Below, piece after piece: positions 1 through 13,742 of a stretch of DNA of 64,000 nt. The stretch's first letter is position 1. Each line of letters opens with the position of its first letter. The stretch is from Octopus sinensis (lineage: Eukaryota). The notes beneath the pieces were generated by a model. That model was not told the DNA's origin and ran no database searches. It was given only the letters and a program-made list of their open reading frames with translations. A program made the position numbers and the translations under genes. The stretch covers positions 103,230,001-103,294,000 of the forward strand of contig NC_042998.1 in the NCBI RefSeq assembly GCF_006345805.1, written 5' to 3'.

Positions 1-59
1 ATACAAAGTAAAATAAAAAAGACAAAAAGAATGTTTACATTACAAGGGAATAGACGTAA

Positions 60-127
60 CATAAACAATATACACATGTAAACACATACAGACACATACA
101 CAAATATATGTATACACATACACATGA

Positions 128-162
<35 letters not shown>

Positions 163-520
163 GCCATATAGATACACATGTGTATTTATACATGTTTGAT
201 ATACATATATATATATATATATAAATACGCATGAGTATATATATATATATAATATATATATATATATATACCTATATTTTCTCAAAATTATGTATATATA
301 GTACATGTATGAATATGTGTATGTGTTTGTGTATGTATGTCTGTGTATGTATATATATATGCGTGTGTGTCTACATATATAGTTGTATATATATATATAT
401 GTGTGTGTGCATCTATGTTTGTATATAAGTATATGTATATATATGTGTGTGTGTCTATATGTGTATATATATATACACACATATACTTATATATACATAT
501 TCACAGATAAATACATACAT
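60..520. repeat. Compound (TA)n/(CA)n/(TG)n microsatellite
   Basis: Dinucleotide runs seen directly; they account for the YIYI/CVCV ORFs. Confidence 0.95.
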
Positions 521-906
521 ACGAATTATATGGGGAAAAAAGCTGTTACCATATATTATACACTTCATTTCAATTACGAAAATGGTAACAGCATACATCT
601 TCTTTTGTTCAGTACATAATCACAATATTACATTAAAGAATTCGCTATGAAAAACAAAAAGCCTTGAAGCATTTAATTAACGGTAGAATAGCATGCTTTG
701 TTAACGTTATGTCGGTAATATGTGTCTATTGAAAATATATGAGTTCTTAGTTCATATTCTGAAAATATAGAAGCGTATTTTCTTTTGTTTGGCTGCTGAC
801 CAACAAGAAATATAACAGATTATCATAATGCCTTCACAGAAAAGGTATACGTTATATTTTTGCAATCTGTTACATCATATGTGTGCATGTGAGTGCGTTT
901 ATATAA

Positions 907-940
<34 letters not shown>

Positions 941-1185
941 ATGTATATATACTTACATACATATAAGCATACATTCATACATACACACATAGGTATACGC
1001 GCACTCATACACTTATACACTCGCATATATATATATATATTCTGACAATAATAATAATAATATTTTATAAACTTAAAGTTTATAGGCGATCACGTGTCTT
1101 GACTAAAGAAAATATTTCCGTTAGTCAAGACACGGTGATCGCTAATAAGCTTTACACTTATAAAGTGTTATTGTTGTTGTTGTTG

Positions 1186-1259
<74 letters not shown>

Positions 1260-1790
1260 GAGTGAGAGAGCAGTGCATGCCATCAAAGTGACACTGGGGT
1301 AAAATATACGAAGCCCAGTACACCCATCATGACTACCCGTCTGATAAGGGTACACCAGGCACATGCATCACAACCCTATGTGCGGGAAATGGTGATCTCA
1401 TACCAAGATAAACAGCACATAACCTTGCAGGTGGGGCTCAGTTAGAATGTTCTTCTGGTCGAGTAACCCATCCCGCTTAAAAGGTCCCTGAATAAGGATT
1501 GTTTAAGGATGTTGAACAAAACACCCATGTTTCCAAAGGTGAATTATTCAAACCCCAAAGAATCCCTCTCAAAACATGGTTATGATGCTCCCCACAACTT
1601 CTACTCGTGATCAAAGATGCACATATCGTCAACCTCTAAGGGATATGCTCAAATGGTTAAGGTCAAACAACTGACAAGCAAATCTGTGGTGTTGAGCAGA
1701 ATATTAGCTGTAGCCCATCTATAATACCAAGACAAAACAATGTACGTGATAACACTTCCAATCTGTTAAGATCAGAAGCCATGAGAGTTA
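1260..1790 (-). mobile_element. Non-coding interspersed repeat, probably a retroposon 3' portion, embedded in (TTA)n
   Basis: 530-bp higher-GC block flanked on both sides by (TTA)n. The minus strand ends ...ctgctctctcactc-(AAT)n, like the other TAA-associated retroelements here. Family not identified. Confidence 0.5.
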
Positions 1791-1909
1791 TTATTATTAT
1801 TATTATTATTACTATTATTATTATTATCATTATTATTATTATATTATTATTATTATTAATATCATCATCATCATCATCATCAATATCATCATCATCATCA
1901 TCATTATCA

Positions 1910-2160
1910 GAGAAAATATATCGCTGTGGGTGACTAAAAAGTGATTTAAAACCGAAAACGTAGGCTCTAATCTGTGCTGCCCAAAAGCAAGCTCTAAGAA
2001 CAAACTACATAAAATGCAGAATAGACAACATAGCAGAAAGTAATAAGTACAGAATCTGTTGACAAAGCGGTGAGACCGTATGGCATATTACCAGCCAATG
2101 TACGCCACTAGCCCAGAAGGAATATAAAAGAAGCCACGACGGAATATAAGAGAAGCCATG
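1910..2160 (+). mobile_element. R4/Dong-type LINE fragment (CCHC zinc-knuckle region)
   Basis: Translates LICAAQKQALRTNYIKCRID...YRIC*QSGETVWHITSQCTPLAQKEYKRSHD, homologous to the matching part of the 60199-62610 ORF. Confidence 0.85.
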
Positions 2161-2382
2161 GCTGCATAGCACGGAGTGACACATCAATATCGTTTAGCGT
2201 TGATTATTTACGGAGTAACGTAACAATAAGAATAAGGATATAAAAATCAGTAAGATGCGGAGGGTACAGTCATAAGAAAAATAAACAATGGAGTGTGATA
2301 AATATGATAATATGGCTACTTAGAGATATCAGCAAAACAACAATTACCGCACGAAATATCACCAAAAATAACTATTACCACT

Positions 2383-2595
2383 ACTTTCTACTATAGGCAC
2401 AAGGCCTGAAATTTTGGGGAAGGGACCAGTCGATTACATCGAACCCAGTGTTTCACTGGCACTTAATTTATCGACCCCGAAAGGATGAAAGGCAAAGTCG
2501 ACTCCGGCGCTATTTGAACTCAGAACATAGCAGCAAACGAAATACTATCAAGTATTTCGTTTGGCGTGCTAACGATTCTGCCAGCTTGCCGCCTT
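2383..2595 (-). mobile_element. tRNA-derived SINE, family A
   Basis: Reverse complement reads aaggcggcaagctggcagaatcgttagcacg...gttcaaat...gactttgcctttcatcctttcggggtcgataaattaagt; many copies in the window. Confidence 0.9.
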
Positions 2596-2609
2596 AATAA
2601 TAATAATAT

Positions 2610-3075
2610 TCCAAAATCCTGTGGGATACAATGATTCAGTGCGATCGCCCGGCCAAACAAGAGAAACCGGACATAGTTGTGGTGAATAAAAAAGAAAGAT
2701 CATGCATGGTAATCGACATGGCATGACCCGGTGACAACACAATTAATGAGAAAGAAGAAGAAAAAATAAACAACTATGACGATTTGAAGTGGAAAATACG
2801 AAGGTTGTGGTCAATGAGGAGAGTAAACGTAATACTTATAGTAATTGGTGCACTTGTAAGTATCAGCATTCAACTATCAACATGGCTAAAAAAATAATGG
2901 TGCAAGTGTGAAGGTAGAACACCTACAAAAATCAGCATTGCTTAAAACTGCAAGAATTCTTCGCAGGGTTCTTGAAGTATGACCAGTAAACAAGTGTCTC
3001 CTTAATTTGCTGGTTGTGGACAGCTGACACTATCCATCATACGCAGCAAAATAAGTCGTGAGTTTTTAACACATG
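2610..3075 (+). mobile_element. R4/Dong-type LINE 3' end (REL endonuclease + 3' UTR), degenerate
   Basis: KILWDTMIQCD...KPDIVVVNKKERSCMVIDMA...KINNYDDLKWKIRRLW...VEHLQKSALLKTARILRRVLEV*. Confidence 0.88.
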
Positions 3076-3107
3076 ACAACAGCAACAACAACAACAATGA
3101 TAATAAA

Positions 3108-3410
3108 ATGGATATGAGATGTATAGAAAAAATAGCAAAGTACCAGTTCTTAGCCATTGAATTAGAGAGACTATGGAAAGTACGGGTAAAATGTACCTCA
3201 GTAGTATAGGTGCATTTGAAACTATTTCTAAAGATCTGAACAGATGGATAGAGGAAATAGGCATAAAACCCAGTTTAGTATAGCTGCAGAAAACACTGTT
3301 ATTAGGGACAGCTAAGATACTGAAGAGGGTTCTTGGCATGTAAGGGTACTTGTTGTAGCCCGATGTTAGGATTCTTTTCTAACAGCCTAATCCGCTGAGT
3401 GTATATGAAT
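3108..3410 (+). mobile_element. R4/Dong-type LINE extreme 3' fragment
   Basis: KYQFLAIELERLWK...IGAFETISKDLNRWIEEIGI...LQKTLLLGTAKILKRVLGM*. Confidence 0.8.
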
Positions 3411-3555
3411 GATGATGATCATCATCAACATCATCATCATCATCATCATACAATGAAATTAACAACTCCCACACCCCGATGCCTAACAGAAGAACACGCC
3501 TGGCGTGCTAATGATTCTGCCAGCTCACCACCTAGGTAATAATAATAATAATAAT

Positions 3556-3654
<99 letters not shown>

Positions 3655-6520
3655 GGGGAAAACAACATCAAGTGATTGATGAGGATGTCAGGAAAAAAGC
3701 TCTCACGAAGATAACCTTGCCTCAGTTTATGAGCGGCATGAGTTTAGACAGAAACTCAAGTGATAACATAGAAAATGAAGCTGTACATTTAAGGGAAAGC
3801 ATTTCGCTCAGCAGAGTTTCAGTGCAGATGCAGATTGACCTCAGATGTTGTTCTGAGATGGATGATATCAGTATATAATAGAGTAATGAGAAGGAAATAG
3901 ACAACCGAAGAGAGCAGAGTAGTGATGTAGTGCTACTTGGAATGTAAGGGGTTACAGAAAACGTATGTTAGCACTTTATGTAAAGGAAGGTATGTTTGAA
4001 GTAACAGAGTAGAAACTAATGGACCAGGCTAATATTAGGAGAACATGTGGAAGACAGAATTGGAGGAAGAAGCGATCACCAGAGATCTTAAAGAAAGGCC
4101 ATAATGAACAGTCAAACAACATAAGTGATACAGTCCAAGCCGAACAAGAGCCTGCAATGGAAAATAATGTCACCACTGATCAGATAGCGAAATTTGACAC
4201 CACTGAATTAAGTGAGGAAGAAGGAGATTTTAGCTGAGATGCTGGAAGTAATGAGTAAAGAAGAGTGTAAAAGATTACCAGCATTAAAATGTGTTAATAG
4301 AAGGAATTTGCTAGATATGACTAGAATAGATTGTTATCAGTGGGATAGGTACTGAAAATATATGATACTAACTTATTAATTAATGCAGGAGGGGTAGTAG
4401 TTAGCAGACTAGGTATTCCTCGAAGAAAGAATATGAAGTAGCAAATGTGGAAATGGAGATTAGAAAATAAAGTGAAGCCTTCAAAATAAGATTCGAGTAG
4501 AATACAAGCCTAGAAACAGGACAAGTTAGGAAACACAAAAGGTCAATCTCCTCTTGAAAAAAATACCTATCCAAAGGAAAGGATTTTGGAATAGACATGG
4601 ACGAGCCAAAACATCGTATCATAGCAGTAGCAAGTAAGCTTTCCAGATAACTGAAAAGAATAGGTAAGTGTCACTAGAACAGATTGTATGAGAGACCAGA
4701 GATAATTTTATTGCCAAATAAATAGCGTACAGAAAACTACTGAAGATAAGAAGTCAAATGCAGAGGAAACTAGAAAGTTTTGGAGTGAGTTTTGGGATAA
4801 GCCAGTTAATCACAATGCAGATGTAGCATGGTTAAAGAAAGTAAGGAAAAGTAGCCAGTGAAACGCAGCCAGGTCTAAAACTAACTAGTGCCTTCATGAG
4901 TAAAGTGTTCGGAAGAATGCCGAATTGGAAGGCCCCAGGACCATATTTAATTCAAGAGTACCGATTAAAGAAATTTAGTGGCTTACATAAGAAACTTCAG
5001 GATTGTTTGAATGGAGGAGTCATGAATGACAGGATGACAGGAGGGAAAAGAGTACTTCTTATGAAAGGCAAAGGCAATGGCAATATAGCTAGCAATTATA
5101 AGCCAATCACTTGCGTACCATTAGTGTGGAAGCTGTTAATAGGAATGATCTCAGAAAATATTTATGAGCATCTTGACAGCCAGAATTTACTGACAGAAGA
5201 ACAGAAGGGTTGCAGGAAGAAGGGTTGAGGAACGCATGAGCTATTATACATTGACAAAGCAGTTCTAAAAGAATGGAAATCTAGAAAGAAGAATTTAACA
5301 CAGGAAAGCCTATGGCATAATTCCATACTCATGGATAAGTGAATGTTTGAGAATATTAAGTATTGCAGACAACATAAGAGAGTTCATTAGCTATAGCTTG
5401 AATGAATGGAAAGTAGATATCTACTCAGATGATATAGCCTTAGGGAAAGTTAATATCAAAAGAAAAATTTTCCATCAGACATGTTATCCCCTTTAACATT
5501 TGTTATGCTGACGCGTGCACCTGTTCGGGCAACGTCGAATTGATGGAGGGAGTGATCTAACGTACGGCAGATAAAATCGATCACTGTAAATAAATCACGT
5601 GCAGGTTGTTCGCTACGGGAAAATCCATTAGTTCCCCACCGGGTTAGTATTAAGAAAAGCAAGGGTAGGTTATCAGTTTAGATATAGTAAAGGAAAAATT
5701 AACTGTTTGCTCTACATGGATGAACTGAGGCTTTTTAGCAAGAATATTAATGAGGTTCCTTAATACAGTCTGTTAGAATCCTTAACAAAGATATAGGTAT
5801 GCAATTTGGCATAGATAAGTGCGCAGTATTAGTATTAAAAAAGAGACAGGTAGTCATCAGCAAAGCATTCAATTACCAAATGGCAAGACATTAAATCACT
5901 GAAAGAAGGAGAACGATTCAAATATCTAGGAGTATTAAAATCTGACAGGATACTAACTATAGAAATGAAAGCGAAAATTGAGAAGTACAACAGAAGGGAG
6001 AGGAAGTTAATGAAGTTAAAGCTAAATGATCTGAATCTAGTTTAAGTTGTAAATACTTGGGCAATATCGTTATTGGAGAAAATCTGAATTAACAAATCTA
6101 GATAGTACTAGAAAGCAACTCAATATGAATGGAGGACTTCTTTCAAGAGCAGGAGGAGCAAGATCATATTTACCTAGAATGGTATGTGTAGAAGTTTATA
6201 TCTGTGTGGAGTTAGCAAGAGTAGATATACCCCGCTATATAGCGAATAGGGATGAAATCATATTAAGAGCTACAAGAGTATTAGTAGGTGACAGGAAAAC
6301 CAGAAAGCCAAATGAAGTTAAAAGCCAGAAAAAAGAAGCAGGATTATCTGACTGGAAAAAGAAGGCTTTGCATGGTATATTCCAAAGATAGTTTCAGAAA
6401 ATAGTAATAGTAAGACATAGTTGTATTTGCAGGAAGGAGGAATGAAAAGGGAAAAAGAAAGTTTTTAGTAACAGCACAAGATCAAGCATTGGGGACTAAT
6501 TGGATAAAAATCAAGATAAA
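3655..6520 (+). mobile_element. Degenerate R4/Dong-type LINE (N-terminal region + RT), many stops and frameshifts
   Basis: RMPNWKAPG...NYKPITCVPLVWKLL...EEQKGCRKK (4896-5228), LLYMDEL near 5707, WKKKALHG near 6350, TAQDQAL near 6470; preceded by (AAT)n. Confidence 0.88.
5511..5640 (+). mobile_element. SINE family C 3' fragment inserted in the LINE RT region
   Basis: gtcgaattgatggagggagtga...gatcactgtaaa...ggttgttcg resembles 12885-12965. Confidence 0.5.
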
Positions 6521-6685
6521 ACTCAGTTTTGTGCAGCTCCAGTAACTAATATTATTAAAGATGGCTAGGAAGATTTTGGCATCTAAGTTTACTTGTAATC
6601 CGATTATAACAATTTTTTCAACAGTCTAATATGTTGTGTATATGAAATAATAATAATAACAACAACAACAACAACAGCAACAACT

Positions 6686-6759
<74 letters not shown>

Positions 6760-6950
6760 CCTTTCTAAAGCCTGAAATTCGAGTAAAGAGGGCTAGTCGA
6801 CTACATCGATCCCAATGCTCAACCGGTACTTATTTGATCGACCAGAAAAGATAGAAGGCAAATTTGACCTAGGCGGCATTTGAAATAAGAACGTAAATAG
6901 AGATGAAATGCTGATAAATATTTTGTCCGGCGTGCTAACAATTCTGCCTG
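6760..6950 (-). mobile_element. SINE family A, degenerate
   Basis: Similar to 2383-2595; follows (AAT)n. Confidence 0.8.
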
Positions 6951-8453
6951 ATCAGTTACATAGAAAAAACGTCTCAAAAATGTTACTTATAATGTACTGC
7001 TACTTTTGAAGACTGCGCTCCAGTATGGCCGCAGATCAATGATTAAAGTTCATAAAAATAATGAGACGGAGATTTTTCTTTAAATACTTATGATTTCTAA
7101 AACCATACTTTTGAACTTATAGTTGTCAGATTACATGGTTATGTGCCTATTTATTATTGGGCGAGGCAACACAAATATAGAGAATGCAGTTGATTATTAA
7201 ATCTGTTTGTGAGACTGTGAATACACAAACTTTTTTTCAGAATTCTTTCTAATTTATAGACTTAAGTAATTGCACTGAACGAAATGTCAAAATACAGTAA
7301 CTTTATAAATTGTATAGATTCGGCATATTCTTTTTGATAATTATTCTGTTTATATATTAATAAAGTAACATCAGAAATATTAAGAAAATGAATGAAAATT
7401 ATTTAATGCGTAAATACTCTAAAGAAACAGCAATTATCATAAACCAATTTCGTTTCCACTTTGTATATAGTTAATTATACAATACTTGTTTGTAACATGA
7501 TGTAGGTTTACGAGAAATGTAGCATATGTTCATTTAATATTCGTATGAAATGCGATAGCATCTTTGTTTTAAATGACTGGGGTTATTTTGTTAATTTTTA
7601 TTGAGAGTATATAAGCATTGATTTTTTGTTATTCTATATACGAGCTCTTAAGCGTATGTCTTGATATATTTGATAATATTATTCTTGGTTCTGAGGTTTG
7701 CATAACAAATTTCTCGTCTAACTGCATTGGAATATATAAAGACAAATCGTTGTTCAACTGTTTGAATTATTAATTACCCTACTAAAGTTATCTGAAACTT
7801 CCCAAAGAATTTCCCTGATAGTTACATAGATACTAATGAATAATTTGATCTTTACTTTCTAAAGTATTTCTTTTTTCATTTTTTGGCGCGTGTTTTTTTC
7901 TTTTTATGTTATATTTCCTAGACTTGATTTCAATATAAATGGATGTCAGAGAAGGAACCTATTTCAAATAGCTTATTCTTAACTTATAAAATTTTAATTA
8001 TTCCGGGTAATTGTTTTTTTTTAGTTCAGCGTCTTAGGTATAGATGTACATAACACAAGAATAATTAAAATACTTCACTTAAATGAAAAATGTATAGATT
8101 AGATTTTGGCAATACATACAAATGAATTTAGAAGAGAATTCCGGCTCTTACAAATGATATCTTGTTCCAGCTGATTTATTGAAGCAGCTTACTAAGAACA
8201 GTCCTTTAGCTTTTAATGATATTCCACGACTAGACAAAAACTGCCACTAATATACTGGGTCGATTTGGCAAGCATTGCAAATATTAACCATTCAAAGAAG
8301 TCAATATTTCACAGATGCATGCTGTTGGAACATCGGACAAAAGACCTTAGATTATATTTAGTTATTGACATTTACTTTCTGAGCTCACATCCAACAGAAA
8401 TCAACAGTGGCTTTCCTCGTTCCGGAGTCAAAGTTTGATTTATAGCGGACCCT

Positions 8454-9388
8454 TAGTGAAATACATCCTCCCTCACTGACATATATAATACAAATACGGA
8501 CGTAGCAGATAATAGTTAACCTTCAGTAGCTTAGGCCAATTGTGTCCACTACTCTGATTGATTGGTTTTGGTGCAGTTTGTCTCTTGCTTTATTTCGCAC
8601 CAATGTGCGACCCAACCAATCGCAGCCTTCTGATAAGGTCCCGTGACACAGTCTTCTAAATGCTTGGTTTGAACCTACTAGATTGCTATAAAATACAGCG
8701 ATTCATCGAATCGTGCGTCTTTGGTTCTAGTCCTTCTAAGGACTAACCTCTGACCACAGAGCTACCAGCGACACACAGCCAGTTCCAGCGGCTCAGCCAG
8801 TTCCAACGACTGCGACACCAACAACAGCAGTATTTCAGGACCTTCGCCATCGTCGCCTTCATCTTAACGACGCCACAGCCACTTGCTTAGGTTTAACTTC
8901 ACGCTGTTTGTGAATACTCACCATAGTTAACAGCAAGTCTACCTGCGAGGACACTCTGTACCAAGTAACCCTACACAGCATAGAAGCCACAACCTCTACA
9001 CGCGTAGTAACCGGTTCTGCCTTGTGACCTCGTTACTACGGAGTGGTATCTAACTCCATCTTGTGTCTGATCTTCTAGCGTCCTGTTATAGACACTTTCT
9101 TTGCTCTGTATTTTATCTCACACCCTTGATTGTACACACATACACATTATTGCATGCTTGATAGCCATATCTATTATTATTATGTACGTACTTATGTCGC
9201 ACTCACGAACACACAGACACACACTCTGTTACCCACATGTTGACATCTAAATAAAACCTTTCTCTTACATTCTAACGGTTGTGTCGCCTTCCTTATTCAT
9301 TCTGGCACTTGAATTCATTTATCCTTATTTTTAGCTTTTATTGTAAGGTGACCGTGCAGTGTTTAAAGGAGTCATTCATTCTTCACCA
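8454..9388 (+). mobile_element. Candidate solo LTR (~930 bp)
   Basis: Inverted termini TAGTGAA...TTCACCA, CCAAT motifs (8536, 8600, 8616), TATAAAA 8687-8693 and AATAAA 9250-9255 in U3-R-U5 order; GC higher than flanks. No clean TSD. Confidence 0.5.
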
Positions 9389-10681
9389 TCTTCTTTTCGC
9401 ACAGTCGTTCTACAATCGTATGCGAGAAAATCGAAGGCGATGAGACCGAATTCAAATGACCTAGAAATTGGAATAGCGAAAGCTTGAAACATCGAATACC
9501 CGTTTATTTACAGATTTAATAGGAGGTTATCTCACAAAAAGACGTTTAAGTATTGCCTGGAGGAATGAATATTTGCGTACTCCGTGTTTACGTTTAAATA
9601 TCTCTGTGACTATTTGAGTACCTATATATGTATGTATGCATATATACATCTTTAAATACTAATTTGCATATCTGTATAATAACTATATTCTTTGTATATA
9701 TGGATCGAATTCTATCTTTTATTCATTCTTCTCTCGCCAAATTCTTTATATTTCAATTTCTATGCTGACCCACTTACATACATCTGTCTCCTTCAATTAT
9801 TTGCCTTTTTTCACAAATATTATCACTGTAAATTATGAAATTATGAAATAAATACTCTTTATTTATCACAGCAATTGTCAGTTTGAACAGATAACTTTGC
9901 CACCTTCACTAAGTGACCACGCTTCTTTCATTTTCCCTGTATTTATAACCTCGTAGATAGGTAAGCTAATTACTATTGCCACCTTCATTTATTTCTAACT
10001 TCAGATAGTTACTCTTATATTCGTTCGTAATTCTTTGATTTTCATTTATTTCATTTCTTGATCAACCTATTTAAGGATCTTACTTTGAATTGAACTCAGT
10101 ACTATGATATCAGGGCCATATTTAGGTGAAAGACAGCCAAGATTATTTTGTTTCACTCATGTGACGCCTGTAATTTCCACACTTTTATCACTAGAATTAG
10201 CCAGAGGACTCTTAGATTTTGAGATTCTATGCTTCAGATTTTCATACTGATAGTTAAGTGCAGCACTGTATATTAAGTAGTATGATGACCACAATTGCTT
10301 CCTTAATTTATTTCTAACTTCAGATTGTTACTCGGGGCATACTCTATTTATTCTTTTTCCTGCCACCTATTTAATTATTGGCCCTTTTATCGCAAGGATT
10401 CCATTTGATTTTCATGCGTATCGAACCCTTCCTATATTTTATATTTTCTCTTTTCCTTTATAAAATCCACTCATTTATATCTATATCAACTAATCATCCT
10501 TTCAATATAAACAAATATACTTTTCACATATTTCCTATTTGACAAGAACACCTTGCAAAACGTTGAACTCAAAGACATATTTACTTTTTAACATATATTG
10601 TCTCAGTATTTGGCTTTCAGTCACTTCTATTTTTGTCTGATGATTTTAGTTATAAATGCACACATACACAACATATACACG

Positions 10682-10883
10682 CATACATACATACATACAT
10701 ACATACATACATACATACACGCATACATACATGCATACATACATACATACATACATACATACATACATACATACATACATACATACATACATACATACAT
10801 ACATGCATACATACATACATACATACATACATACATACATACATACATACATACATACATACATACATACATACATACATACA
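10682..10883. repeat. (CATA)n microsatellite
   Basis: Seen directly. Confidence 0.98.
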
Positions 10884-11624
10884 CGCGTACGTACGTCTGT
10901 ATTTACGTATTATGCATGCATATGCTAGGAATCTCAAAAGTTAAAACGCACATTGAATGAAATTACTATAAGGCCAGCGTTTAGCAAAATACATTTCATT
11001 TTCAAAATTTTATAGAATCTACAGACAGAATTTTTAAAAACTGACTTGTGTGACGTCTAGTAAATACAAAGGGTACTCCGTTGAGCATCTTCGTTCTAAT
11101 CCACTTATTTGGCAAAATATTAGCTTGTTAAGCCTTGTCTGGTGAACAAAAGTGCGTAGTGGAGTGAAACCGTTTGAATAGGCCAGGATAATGCATGCAT
11201 GAAAGACTTAAGAGAGGTTTAAAGAAGAATGTTACGATCAAGAAGGCGAATCACAATGAACTTTTTGTGTGGACAGTTTGTGACAGGTCGCCTTTCTGGG
11301 GCTCAAATCTCATTTGCGAACCCATAGAATATGAGACTCCACCAACTATTCTGTCTATATGCCTGTGCACATCTTTCAATACAATGTATACTAAAATGTT
11401 TGCAAATCTAAGTGAGGCCTGAAAAGAAATTTTGATATCCCCCAAAATGAGAACTTAACTGTAGTTCTTGGTGAGACAAATCGGATATGCAATCTACGTG
11501 GGTGTTTTTCAAAACATTGTCTGGGTTAAAAAGCCACATCAGATGACATGGTAATTCTAAGGTGTAGGTGCAGGAGGTGGTGAAATTCTGCATAAAGAGT
11601 AGACAACTACCATATATATATATT

Positions 11625-11866
11625 GTTGTTGTTGTTGTTCTTGGCATCCTTTTGTCTCGGGAGACAATGGAGTTGCGCATAAACGAATGCAGTTTGCTTT
11701 TGACATTTCATGTCCTCTTCAGTTTCCTCTCCAGTTTTGCGCAGGCCTGGGCTAGATGTAAGAAAATCCTGGGTAGCCCAATCGTCAGGATTCCTCTCTC
11801 GACCTTGCTGACGTAGTCCAAAGGAGTGTAGAGCATTGACACCAGCTTGGTTGCAGGAGCTGCTGT
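11625..11866 (+). mobile_element. RTE-related 5'-end-like repeat fragment
   Basis: (GTT)n followed by cttggcatccttttgtctcgggagacaatggagttgcgc, resembling RTE 5' UTR starts; its last ~85 bp recur inverted at 13605-13694. Confidence 0.5.
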
Positions 11867-11921
11867 ATATCTATGGAGAGAGAGAAAGAGAGAGAGAGAG
11901 ACAGAGAGAGACAGAGAGAGA

Positions 11922-12686
11922 AAGGGTGCGATTAGTAAATTGTCACCATTTTATATTTTTAATATTGTGCATGCGCATTGTTTGTTTCATTTTGTCGGCT
12001 ACACAGTATAATAGAAACGACAGACTGCAAGCCGCCACCGGAAGCTCTAATACGCACGTTTCAGAATATTTGGGTATCAATCTGAAGACAGTGTATCCTG
12101 AGGACATGTACCGAGAGTGATCAAAATCAAACATCCAGTCAACATCATGGTGTTAGAAGTGTCCACTAGTGATGGTGACGTTATGCCTCCATTCATCTTC
12201 CCACAAGGCCTCAAACGTAACACGGAGGCCTACATCAAGTACCTGAAGGAGGTAGGGCAGTCCTGGGTCAAGAGGGTAGCTGCTGGAAGACCCTATGTCT
12301 GACAGCAGGATGCTGCACCATGTCACAGAAGCAGGAGAACCCAGTCATGGCTGTCAGACAATTTCTGAGATCCCACCACCACTAACATTTGGACACCTAA
12401 CTCCCCAGACTGCAAGCCCCTTGATTATTAGGTATGGGGCACAGTTGAATGAGAGACCAACAAAACCCCTTGTGAAACCATAAAATGAACTGAAGGTAAG
12501 GATTATGGCAGCATACATCAACTTAAACAAGGAGACTATCCAGAAGAGTTTCAGGAAACTCCGAAGTCGTCTGGAGGCCGTTGTTGAAACTAATGGCGGT
12601 TTTATTGAATAAATTTACTCTTTAGCATTTCAGGATATTTTCGTTTTTGCGTAATTTAGATGAGAGTTTATTAACCGCATCCTCTA
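11922..12686 (+). mobile_element. Internally deleted Tc1/mariner (maT/DD37D-like) transposon
   Basis: TIRs agggtgcgattagtaaa / tttattaaccgcatcct. Relic transposase KHPVNIMVL...MPPFIFPQG...QQDAAPCH...WTPNSPDCKPLDY*VWG...NGGFIE* at 12117-12612. Confidence 0.88.
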
Positions 12687-12711
12687 TATTTCTGTGTGTG
12701 TATGTATGTGT

Positions 12712-12985
12712 GGGAAGGTGCATGGCTTAGTGGTTTAGACGTTGCACTCACGATTGTGAAATCGTGGTTTCCATTCCCAGACCGGGCGTTCCATGGTGTT
12801 CTTCAGCAAAGCACTTCATTTCACGATGCTCTGCGATCATTTCGACATCTGACATGTGATACCCATTGAACATGTACAGGTAATGTCGATATGATGGAGG
12901 GCGTGAGCTTATGTGTACACAAACTTTTAATCACTATGAACAAAACATCTGTATGGTTGTTCGGTAAGAAATCGTTGAACCCCCA
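12712..12985 (+). mobile_element. tRNA-derived SINE, family C (CORE-like)
   Basis: A-box tggcttagtgg, degenerate B-box, gtgttcttcagcaaagcacttcatttcacg core shared with 49165-49492. Confidence 0.75.
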
Positions 12986-13067
12986 TATGTGATCTAACAA
13001 CGCGAGAGTCCATTATATACATATATATATATATATATACAGAGAGAGAAAGGGAGAGAGTACAGCA

Positions 13068-13170
13068 TGTCGTTTCTACTATACTGTGTAGCCGACAAAA
13101 TGAAACACAAACAATGCGCATGCACAAAAGAAAAAATATAAAATGGTGACAATTTATTAATCGCATCCTT
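13068..13170 (-). mobile_element. Second, inverted 5' end of the maT-like transposon
   Basis: Reverse complement matches 11922-12021. Confidence 0.85.
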
Positions 13171-13186
13171 ATATATATATACACAC

Positions 13187-13582
13187 AGGAGTGGCTGTGT
13201 GATAAGTAGCTTGCTTATCAACCACATGGTTCCGGGTTCAGTCTCACTGCGTGGCATCTTGGGCAAGTGTCTTTTGCTATAGCCCCGGGCCGACCAATGC
13301 CTTGTGAGTGGATTTGGTAGACGGAAACTGAAAGAAGCCTGTCCTATATATGTATATATATATGTATGTGTGTATATGTTTGTGTGTCTGTGTTTGTCCC
13401 CCTAGCATTGCTTGACAACCGATGCTGGTGTGTTTATGGCCCCGTCACTTAGCGATTCGGCAAAAGAGACCGATAGAATAAGTACTGGGCTTACAAAGAA
13501 TAAGTCCCGGGGTCGATCTGCTCGACTAAAGGCAGTGCTCCAGCATGGCCGCAGTCAAATGACTGAAACAAGTAAAAGAGAG
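13187..13582 (+). mobile_element. tRNA-derived SINE, family B, with internal (TA/TG)n
   Basis: ggagtggctgtgtgataagtagcttgc...gggttcagtc...tail gtgctccagcatggccgcagtcaaatgactgaaacaagtaaaagag; several copies in the window. Confidence 0.92.
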
Positions 13583-13742
13583 TAGAAGAAAAAGATATAT
13601 ATATAGCAGTTCCTGCAACTAAGCTAGTGCCAAACGTAATGCTCTGCACTTCTTTAGACTACGTCACCAAGGTCGAGAGAGGAATCCTGACGATATATAT
13701 ATATATATATGCAGTGTACATTTAAACACATTAGAGGCATCA

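Noticed and set aside
35-650. ORFs rich in YI/CV/HT (also at 10598-10960, 23556-23837, 28281-28828, 46229-46558 and the poly-I/L/N ORFs)
   Set aside because: Translations of microsatellites, with no coding signal.
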